Below are positions 8,405 through 15,274 of a stretch of 32,000 bases of DNA, piece after piece. The notes below the pieces were generated by a model that saw only the letters and a list, made by a program, of their open reading frames with translations, did no database searches and was not told where the DNA came from. A program made the translations under genes and the position numbers. Within the stretch, counting starts at the first letter, position 1. Each line of letters opens with the position of its first letter. Origin of the DNA: Candidatus Electronema halotolerans (GTDB taxonomy: Bacteria > Desulfobacterota > Desulfobulbia > Desulfobulbales > Desulfobulbaceae); the NCBI GenBank assembly GCA_942493095.1, contig OW818675.1, positions 1,620,001 to 1,652,000 of the forward strand, read 5' to 3'.

Positions 8405-9260
8405 CTATTTCTCTCCAGTCGGCCCCTGTGCCGCCAGCCGTTTTGCTCGCACCCGTTCCAATCCATCGCGGCTATCTACTATATTAGGGCTACCGATGGC
8501 TTCTTCAATCTGTACAGTACGGCTGATGTATTCTTCCGCCTTGGTAAGGTTGTCTATGTCTTCATAGGTGAGGCCGATGTTCCAGCATGTGACCGCTTCT
8601 CCTGCCTTGTCACCCAACTCCCGGCATATTGCCAAGTCTTGTTGATGATACTCCAATGCCTTAGCATGATCACCTTGCGCACGGTAGATCATGGCAATGT
8701 TGGTCAGGGTTGTTCCTGCCCCAATCTTATCGCCAATCTCTTTTACGATAGGCAAGCATTGCTCATAGTATGACAAGGCTTGCTCATTGTCACCTTGTAC
8801 CCTGTAAGTCATACCGATATTATTTATGATCTTACTTTCCCCCTCCCGGTCGCCGATCTCCTGACAGATGCTCAGACTTTGCTGGTATGTCTCCAAGGCC
8901 AGCTCGTACTTGCCCTGTTGATGATAAATCGTTGCAATGCCGGTTAAGGTTGCGCCTTCTGCCGGTCGATAACCAGCGAGGTAGGCGGCAGGCAGGCTTT
9001 GCTCATACCACGCTAATGCCTTATCAAGCTCCCCGCGCCGCCAGCAGGTGTAGCCTAATGTACACAGGCACCAGCTTTCATCCTTACGGTTGTTGCTTTT
9101 TCGGGCCGCAGTCAGACGCATATCAAAAGCGGCCAGCAGCTCTGTCAACCAGCCCTGCCGGTCAAGGTAGATATAAGTTGCACCGACTAAGTATTGCAAC
9201 TCCTGCCACAGCCTGCTTTCAAGGCAACTCTCCATCACCCGCATACACTGCACCCGCTCC
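8405..9260 (-). CDS. TPR-repeat sensor arm paralogue A, 3' portion of a gene split by the IS66-family insertion (5'-truncated, probably not expressed as such)
   Basis: Track ORF 8405..9253 begins VQCMRVMESCLESRLWQEL. This continues the 5' stub (..GYARLDKER) exactly as paralogue B reads (..GYARLNKERVQCLRLLEVCLASRLWQEV). Five TPR_12-like repeats follow. Confidence 0.85.
9253..9260. repeat. Target-site duplication, left copy (CCCGCTCC)
   Basis: The 8-bp sequence cccgctcc directly abuts IRL. An identical 8-mer abuts IRR at 10747..10754. Confidence 0.9.
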
Positions 9261-10746
9261 GTAACTGATCACAGGGTGTCTCTAAAAAACACTGGCGCTT
9301 GGCATCGCAACTGGATAAATTGTGAGCAGTAATTTTTTCCGCAGGAGAAAGCTGTGACCGCCCCGTTCCATCGTGAAAATTTTGAGATAAGCGAGGAAGA
9401 CCTTGCCGCTACACCTCCTGCGGTGCGGAAGCTGCTGTCTTTTTTGATCGCTGAGGTAACGCGGCTGAGAAAACGGGTCGAAGAGCTTGAGGCGAAACTC
9501 GGCGAAGATTCCTCGAACTCGAACAGGCCGCCTTCTTCCGACTCTCCGTTTACAGAAAAACGGCAGAGAGATCAGGCGGGGAAGCCCCGGAAAAAGCGGC
9601 GTGGATATCGTCAGGAGCTGATGCCGCCGACAGAAACGCAAAAAATGTATCCTTCCGCCTGCTCCTGCGGTTGCGGCAAATTCAAAAACATACGGTCATA
9701 TTATACGCATCAGCATATTGAACTGCCGGAAATCGTGATGCAGGTCAGGCATTTCCTTCTTTATAAAGGTGAATGCGCCGCCTGCGGCAAAACCGTCAGA
9801 GGCTGTGTTCCCGATGAATTCAGAACCGGTTTCGGGGCGCGGTTCACCGCGCTGGTTGCCGAACTGAGCGGCATGGACGGCAGCAGCCGGGGAACTGTGC
9901 GGAAGTTCATCCGTTCCGTGCTCGGCGTTCCTATCAGTGCCGGGGCGGTGCAGAAGATCATTGACCGGGCTTCGGCGGCTGTCGCGCCGCACTATGAGGC
10001 CGTCCGGGCTGCCGTCACAAGCGGGGATATCGGACATGTTGATGAAACAACGTGGAAAACTGGCGGCAGGCTGCGCTGGTTATGGGTTATGGCGAACCGG
10101 CAGGCCGCGTTCTTCATGATTCATCCGAAACGCTCTAAGGAAGCCTTTGAAGAACTGATCGGCGCTTGGAACGGTATTCTCATCAGCGACGGGTACAACG
10201 TGTACCAAAAATGGGTCGGCAAGCGGCAGACTTGCCTCGCGCATCTTATCCGCCGGGCAGACGGCCTTGCGGAGCGCGCTGACCCTGAACTGGCTGCCTG
10301 CGGCAAATGGGCCGCTGCGGAACTGCGGCGGCTCTGCCGCATGGCGAAAGACCCGCCGACCAAAGGTGAACAGTCCGCATTTTATGCCCGGCTCTGCCGA
10401 CTTATCCTGCGCTGGCGCGATTGCGACAGTGATGCGGGGAGGTTTGTCCGTCATATTGAGAAGGAAATGGCTGCGTTGTTCACTTTTCTGCTCGAAGAAG
10501 GCGTAGAACCGACAAATAATCCAGCGGAACGGATGCTCCGCTTCGGCGTGCTGTGGCGCAAACGGAGTCAGGGCACTGACAGCGACAAGGGAAACCGCTG
10601 GGTTGAACGAATCCTTTCCCTCCGGCAGACATGCCTGCTTCGGGGAAAATCCACTTTCGAGGTGCTCACCGAGGCCATGCGCTGCTATTTCAGAGGACAG
10701 ATGCCGGATTTAAGCTGGGTCTGAGCGGTACCCTGTGATCGCTTAC
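9261..10746 (+). mobile_element. IS66-family insertion sequence, single-ORF (ISBst12-like) type, 1486 bp, apparently intact
   Basis: The terminal inverted repeats are GTAACTGATCACAGGGT (9261..9277) and the reverse complement of 10730..10746, GTAAGCGATCACAGGGT (15/17 match, with the GTAA ends typical of IS66). The element is flanked by an 8-bp direct repeat and contains one complete transposase ORF. Confidence 0.92.
9354..10724 (+). CDS. IS66-family transposase (TnpC-type DDE)
   Basis: 456 aa. It has an N-terminal leucine-zipper-like helix (LIAEVTRLRKRVEELEAKL) followed by NSNRPPSSDSPF, a Cys cluster (CSCGCGKF...CAACGK), and then a DDE core (HVDETTW...ISDGY...NNPAERMLR). This is the hallmark IS66 TnpC layout. 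It uses a GTG start. Confidence 0.93.
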   Translation: MTAPFHRENFEISEEDLAATPPAVRKLLSFLIAEVTRLRKRVEELEAKLGEDSSNSNRPPSSDSPFTEKRQRDQAGKPRKKRRGYRQELMPPTETQKMYPSACSCGCGKFKNIRSYYTHQHIELPEIVMQVRHFLLYKGECAACGKTVRGCVPDEFRTGFGARFTALVAELSGMDGSSRGTVRKFIRSVLGVPISAGAVQKIIDRASAAVAPHYEAVRAAVTSGDIGHVDETTWKTGGRLRWLWVMANRQAAFFMIHPKRSKEAFEELIGAWNGILISDGYNVYQKWVGKRQTCLAHLIRRADGLAERADPELAACGKWAAAELRRLCRMAKDPPTKGEQSAFYARLCRLILRWRDCDSDAGRFVRHIEKEMAALFTFLLEEGVEPTNNPAERMLRFGVLWRKRSQGTDSDKGNRWVERILSLRQTCLLRGKSTFEVLTEAMRCYFRGQMPDLSWV

Positions 10747-10754
10747 CCCGCTCC
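10747..10754. repeat. Target-site duplication, right copy (CCCGCTCC)
   Basis: Identical to 9253..9260 and directly abuts IRR. Confidence 0.9.
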
Positions 10755-10879
10755 TTATCTAATCTGGCATATCCCGCCGCACCGCGAGCACTTTCCTTTT
10801 CTGCCAATGCAGTATAATGTGCAGCAAGCCGCTGGGATACTCCAGTCAATTCGTCACTTGACGCAGCATATTCAGGCAT
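10747..10879 (-). pseudogene. 5' stub of TPR sensor arm A (first about 44 codons), severed by the IS66-family element
   Basis: MPEYAASSDELTGVSQRLAAHYTALAEKESARGAAGYARLDKER then runs into IS sequence. The ATG at 10879 overlaps the NB-ARC stop by 8 nt (ATGCCTGA). Removing 9261..10754 restores one 336-codon ORF collinear with paralogue B. Confidence 0.88.
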
Positions 10880-11999
10880 TGACAGTGCCCTCCCACATGG
10901 TTTTGGCATGAACTGTCAGAAGCGCGTGCATCTGGAAGCGCACCTCGCCATCCTCCTGATACGGCTCCAGCAGCCCGCGCCTCTCCAGCTCGCGGATTGT
11001 TGAACGCGGATTCTCCACTCCCCATGCCGCTGCTATGGCAGCAAGATCAAAGGTTGCCGGTTTCGGCGCAAAGACTCCCAAAAAGGCAAACTGCTTCCGG
11101 GTCAGCACATCAAGACGGTCGGTGCTTTTCCGCAGGAGAGCCGCTACGGTAGGTGTAGTCTGGCCGGATAAATCAGTGCGGTCTGCCGGTGCAGATTCTT
11201 TCAGGAGGCGGGTGCCTTCAGCCAGCTCGTCCAGCAAGTCACTGACTCCCCAGCCCAGCGGAGCTTCAGCGGCAAGCAGGCTGCCGGCAACCTTCAGAGC
11301 CAAGGGCAGCCCTTCCAGTTCCTGCACCAACCGCCGCACTCCTTGCTCATCTTGCGCCACCGAATCAGGCGAAAGCTGGCGGATCAACTCGATGGAATCC
11401 TCTTCCGACAGCACCAGCAGCCGGTACACTGACTTGTCCGGCAAACCCAGCTTCCGCGCCACGTCAGGTTCGCGGGTGGTGAGCAGCGTCCGGCACGACT
11501 GCCCGCCGACAAGGAAGGGCTGCGCATCGGCAGCCTGCCACACGTCATCTATGATCAGCAGCATCCGGCGGTCGCGCAGCAGCCCGGCAAGTCGGTTCTG
11601 CCGTTCTTCAATGCGCTGATACCGCTGCGGATCATCACCAAATGCAAGCAGCCATTGCCCCAGTCCTGCCAAAGGATTCGGCGACATACCCAAGGCCGTC
11701 CACAGCACACCGTCCGGGAACGCCTTCTTCACTTCGGCATCATGGGCTATTGCCGCCGCCAGCGTGGTCTTGCCGATTCCGGGCCAGCCCCGCACGCTGG
11801 TAATCAAGGTTGCTGACGGCTTGCCAAAGAGACGCTGCCGTAGCTCGGCCATGTCATTGTCGCGTCCGATGAACAGGTTGGGTGCTGCTGGCAGCAGGCC
11901 GGGAAACGAAACGGTTGCTTTATTGGAAACCCTCTGATTGACGGTGCCCTGTTCTTCGACAATATTGACGATACTGTTGCTGATATTGGTGTCACTCAT
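10872..11999 (-). CDS. NB-ARC (STAND/NLR-type) P-loop NTPase core with no effector or repeat domain
   Basis: 375 aa carrying the full ordered NB-ARC motif set. These are the Walker A motif GWPGIGKTTLA (aa 71-81), Walker B LLIIDDVW, RNBS-B-like RTLLTTR, GLPL (LEGLPLALKVAGSLL), a winged-helix FAFLGVFAP, and an MHD-like QMHALL (Ala in place of Asp). Only about 45 aa precede the NTPase domain. Confidence 0.9.
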   Translation of the reverse strand: MSDTNISNSIVNIVEEQGTVNQRVSNKATVSFPGLLPAAPNLFIGRDNDMAELRQRLFGKPSATLITSVRGWPGIGKTTLAAAIAHDAEVKKAFPDGVLWTALGMSPNPLAGLGQWLLAFGDDPQRYQRIEERQNRLAGLLRDRRMLLIIDDVWQAADAQPFLVGGQSCRTLLTTREPDVARKLGLPDKSVYRLLVLSEEDSIELIRQLSPDSVAQDEQGVRRLVQELEGLPLALKVAGSLLAAEAPLGWGVSDLLDELAEGTRLLKESAPADRTDLSGQTTPTVAALLRKSTDRLDVLTRKQFAFLGVFAPKPATFDLAAIAAAWGVENPRSTIRELERRGLLEPYQEDGEVRFQMHALLTVHAKTMWEGTVNA

Positions 12000-12017
12000 A
12001 ATATGCCTCGTTCTGAC

Positions 12018-12371
12018 TTACAGGCCAAACAGTTTGGCGCAATAAATGGCCGCCTGTGACAGCATATTGCCAACCTTGACGACAGCAGCGACGGTCTTGG
12101 GCAACTGCGCAATAATCATTTCGGCATTCTTCAGACTGCTCAATGCCTTCACAGGCTCATTTTTGACCTGCTGCTCCGCTTCATCCAGCTCATCCCGCAC
12201 CTTCGTCTGCACATCTTCCGGCAGTGCCGCTGTTTCGGTTTTGATTGCCGCTATCAGATTCAGCAAATCCTCAAATGAAGGTTGTTGTGTGCTATTGATG
12301 ATCTGATTGATTACGTCGATCTTTTCAGCCACAGTAACCGTGCTGCCGGTGATGTTGAATGTGTTGTTCAT
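12018..12371 (-). CDS. Small (117 aa) hypothetical protein: N-terminal N/T/I/V-rich motif, acidic helical middle, hydrophobic/amphipathic C-terminal tail; candidate effector or adaptor of the NB-ARC cassette
   Basis: A strong AAGGAG Shine-Dalgarno sequence lies 7 nt upstream of the ATG. The gene starts 24 nt after the valS stop and ends 18 nt before the NB-ARC start. I recognise no family. The N-terminus resembles the NB-ARC N-terminus (see findings). Confidence 0.7.
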   Translation of the reverse strand: MNNTFNITGSTVTVAEKIDVINQIINSTQQPSFEDLLNLIAAIKTETAALPEDVQTKVRDELDEAEQQVKNEPVKALSSLKNAEMIIAQLPKTVAAVVKVGNMLSQAAIYCAKLFGL

Positions 12372-12395
12372 GGTGCTTGCTCCTTTAGAAAGAAC

Positions 12396-13562
12396 TTATT
12401 TCACCGTCCCCAACCTCCCCCTCGACTCTTCGTTCTTGGCCAGCTTGGTCTCCAGCTCCTCCAGCTTGGCCCGCTCCTTCTCCACCACATCCGCCGGGGC
12501 ATTGGCAAGGAACTTCTCATTGCCGAGCTTGCCGCGCACCCGCTGCAAGTCCTGCTCCAGCACCTTGCGCTCGCGGGCCAGCTTGTCCAGCTCCGCGTCC
12601 ACATCAATCAGCTCCTTGAGCGGCACGACCACCTCAATCCCGCTGACCAAGCTATGCGCCGCATCGTCCGGCACTGCGCCGGACTCGACAATGTCTAAGC
12701 TTTCAGCGCGGGTCATGGCGCAGATCGAGCCGCTGAACAACTGAAGCAGCTCCCGCTTGGCCGGATCAGGGCAGATCAGGCTGACATGCAGCTTCGCGCT
12801 CGGATGCACATTCGCCTCACTGCGGATAGTGCGCACAGCCGTGATGATCTCCATGAGGAGCTGCATGGCCTGCTCGGTCTCGGCATCCTGCCACGTCGGC
12901 TTGGCCTCCGGGAAGGACTCCAGCATGATCGTGCCGCGCTGGCCCGGCAGTTGACTCCAGATTTCCTCAGTAACGAACGGGCAGATCGGGTGGAGCATCT
13001 TCAGGATATTCTCCAGCACACAGAGAAGCACGCCCCGCGCCTGCTCGCGTTTGGCAGTATCATCGCTGAACAAATCGGCCTTGATCCACTCCACGTACCA
13101 GTCGCAGAACTCATGCCAGGTGAACTGGTAGATGGCCGAGGCGATCAGGTTGAAATCATAGCCATCCAATGCCTTGCGCACGTCACGGACAGCGGCATCA
13201 GTGCGGCTGAGTATCCAGCGGTGCGGCAGAGCCAAGGCCGCCGGATTGTCTGTGACCGCCGTGATGCCCGGCTCGCTCTCCTTGATGTGCATCTGGGTGA
13301 AGCGGGCTGCGTTCCACAGCTTGTTGATGAAGCGGCGGTAGCCGTCGATACGCTCCTCGTCCATCTTGATTTCCCGGCCCTGGGCGGCAAAGGCGGTCAG
13401 GGTGAAGCGGAAAGCGTCGGTGCCGTACTGGGCGATCATGTCAAGCGGATCAATGACGTTGCCGGTGGACTTGGACATCTTCTTGCCGTGCTTGTCGCGC
13501 ACCAAGGCGTGCAGATACACATCGTGAAAGGGCACCTCGTCCATGAAGTGCAGGCCCATCAT
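12396..13562. repeat. Direct-repeat copy 2 of the valS 3' end (its partner is 6113..7279)
   Basis: The alignment is gapless at a constant offset of 6283 nt at both ends. Homology stops within a few nt of the stop codon on one side and at the ATGATG run on the other. Confidence 0.9.
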
Positions 13563-15086
13563 CATCATCCGCGCCACCCAGAAGAAGAGGATGTCAAAGC
13601 TGGTGATCAGCACCGAGGTGGGATAGAAGGTGGCCAGTTCTTTGGTCTGGTCCGGCCAGCCAAGGGTGGAGAAGGGCCAGAGCGCGGAAGAAAACCACGT
13701 GTCGAGCACGTCATGCTCCTGCTCAATCTGGCTGCTGCCGCACTTGCCGCAGACGGTCGGGTCAAGCGAGACCACGGTCATCTCACCGCAGTCAGCACAA
13801 GTCCAAGCCGGGATGCGGTGGCCCCACCATATCTGCCGCGAAATGCACCAGTCGCGGATGTTGTCCATCCAGGCGTAGAAGGTATTGTACCACGTGTCCG
13901 GGTAGAGCTTGATCCGGCCCTCGCGCACTGCGGCAACCGCCTTGTCTGCCAGCGGGCGCACTGAGACAAACCACTGCTTGGAGGTGGTTGGCTCCACGAC
14001 CGTGGCGCAGCGGTAGCACTTGCCGACCGCGTGCTCATAGTCCTCGATCTTGTCGAGGAAGCCAAGTTCGGCCAAGTCCTTGACAATCTGCTCTCGGCAG
14101 GCGAAGCGGTCCATGCCAGCGTACTTTCCGGCGTTCTCGTTCATGATGCCGTGCTCGTCCATGATCTTGATCCGCTCCAGATTATGGCGCAGGCCGATCT
14201 CGTAGTCGTCGCGGTCGTGCGCAGGCGTGACCTTGAGCGCGCCCGTGCCGAAATCACGCTGGACATGGTGATCAAGCACCACCGGAATGATGCGGTCAAC
14301 AATGGGCAGGCGGATGCCGATTTTGTCCAGCCCGGCATAGCGTTCATCATCAGGATGCACGGCCACCGCCGTGTCGCCGAGCATGGTCTCAGGCCGGGTG
14401 GTGGCGATCACCACCGAGCCGGAGCCGTCCGAGTATGGATAGCGGAGATGATAGAGCTTGCCGTGGGTCGGGTCGTGCTCCACCTCGTCGTCAGACAAAG
14501 CGGTCTTGCAGCGCGGGCACCAGTTGACGATGTAGTCGCCCTTGTAGATCAGGCCCTCGTTGTAGAGGCGGACAAAGACCTCGCGCACCGCCTTGGACAG
14601 ACCCTCGTCCATCGTGAACCGCTCGCGGTCCCAGTCGCAGGACGCGCCCATCCGCTTGAGCTGCTTGATGATCGTGCCGCCCTTGTCGGTGCGCCATTGC
14701 CAGACCCGCTCAATGAACTTGTCCCGGCCCAGCTCGTGGCGGTTGGTCTTCTCAGCAGCAAGCTGCCGCTCCACCACGTTCTGGGTGGCAATGCCCGCGT
14801 GGTCAGTGCCCGGCACCCAGAGGGTGTTGTCGCCTTTCATCCGGTGATAGCGGGTCAGCAAATCCTGAAGCGTGTTGTTGAGGGCGTGGCCGATATGGAG
14901 CACACCGGTCACGTTCGGCGGCGGAATGACAATGGAAAAGGCAGGGCGGCCCGGCTCCATTTGTGCGCTGAAGGTCTTGCCCTCAAGCCAGTATTGATAC
15001 CAGCGTTCTTCAACCTCCTCGAATTCATAGGCTTTGGGCAGGTCGTATTTGGCGGCGCACTGCGGCGTGGTCGTCTCGTTGCTCAT
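12396..15086 (-). CDS. valS: Valine--tRNA ligase (full length)
   Basis: It has the class I HIGH motif (PNVTGVLHIGHALN), a KMSKS motif, an editing (CP1) insertion, an anticodon-binding domain and a C-terminal coiled coil. I trimmed the start to MSNETTTPQ.. (ATG at 15086); the track ORF extends 15 codons further to 15131. Confidence 0.97.
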   Translation of the reverse strand: MSNETTTPQCAAKYDLPKAYEFEEVEERWYQYWLEGKTFSAQMEPGRPAFSIVIPPPNVTGVLHIGHALNNTLQDLLTRYHRMKGDNTLWVPGTDHAGIATQNVVERQLAAEKTNRHELGRDKFIERVWQWRTDKGGTIIKQLKRMGASCDWDRERFTMDEGLSKAVREVFVRLYNEGLIYKGDYIVNWCPRCKTALSDDEVEHDPTHGKLYHLRYPYSDGSGSVVIATTRPETMLGDTAVAVHPDDERYAGLDKIGIRLPIVDRIIPVVLDHHVQRDFGTGALKVTPAHDRDDYEIGLRHNLERIKIMDEHGIMNENAGKYAGMDRFACREQIVKDLAELGFLDKIEDYEHAVGKCYRCATVVEPTTSKQWFVSVRPLADKAVAAVREGRIKLYPDTWYNTFYAWMDNIRDWCISRQIWWGHRIPAWTCADCGEMTVVSLDPTVCGKCGSSQIEQEHDVLDTWFSSALWPFSTLGWPDQTKELATFYPTSVLITSFDILFFWVARMMMMGLHFMDEVPFHDVYLHALVRDKHGKKMSKSTGNVIDPLDMIAQYGTDAFRFTLTAFAAQGREIKMDEERIDGYRRFINKLWNAARFTQMHIKESEPGITAVTDNPAALALPHRWILSRTDAAVRDVRKALDGYDFNLIASAIYQFTWHEFCDWYVEWIKADLFSDDTAKREQARGVLLCVLENILKMLHPICPFVTEEIWSQLPGQRGTIMLESFPEAKPTWQDAETEQAMQLLMEIITAVRTIRSEANVHPSAKLHVSLICPDPAKRELLQLFSGSICAMTRAESLDIVESGAVPDDAAHSLVSGIEVVVPLKELIDVDAELDKLARERKVLEQDLQRVRGKLGNEKFLANAPADVVEKERAKLEELETKLAKNEESRGRLGTVK

Positions 15087-15274
15087 GGTCTGGCGGAAGA
15101 AAATAGAAAAAAAGTGCAGTAACGGCTTCACGCAGCGTCTGCTTAACCGCAGAAAGATGCATGAAGCCGACTGCTGGACAGATTGTCAAGTAAACAAACA
15201 GAGTTCCTGTAGATTCACAGGCAGAAAGATAACGACACGGCTGCGCTGATGCAGCTGCAATGGCTGTGTCCGCC

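Noticed and set aside
8263-8466. 67-aa minus-strand ORF (…RYRSVSL…RYRSVSL…) in the TPR-A/TPR-B spacer
   Set aside because: Its internal repeats are simply the translated hairpin repeats, and it overlaps the TPR-A 3' end. It is an artefact of the palindromic DNA.
10872-10909. Reading the NB-ARC/TPR-A junction as a frameshifted single gene (the TPR frame stays open 10 codons upstream of the ATG at 10879)
   Set aside because: I have not fully excluded this. However, the paralogue TPR-B is a free-standing ORF starting at the equivalent position, and the ATGCCTGA overlap is a typical coupled stop/start. I therefore treat the split as genuine, and I flag how to test it in the findings.
15087-15274. 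Possible T-box or attenuator leader upstream of valS, and the 15-codon N-terminal extension of the valS ORF (MKPLLHFFSIFFRQT)
   Set aside because: I could find no specifier-loop or T-box consensus and no convincing terminator/antiterminator pair. The extension is hydrophobic and atypical for ValRS, whereas MSNETTTPQ..YDLPKAYEFEEVEERWY fits a normal ValRS N-terminus.
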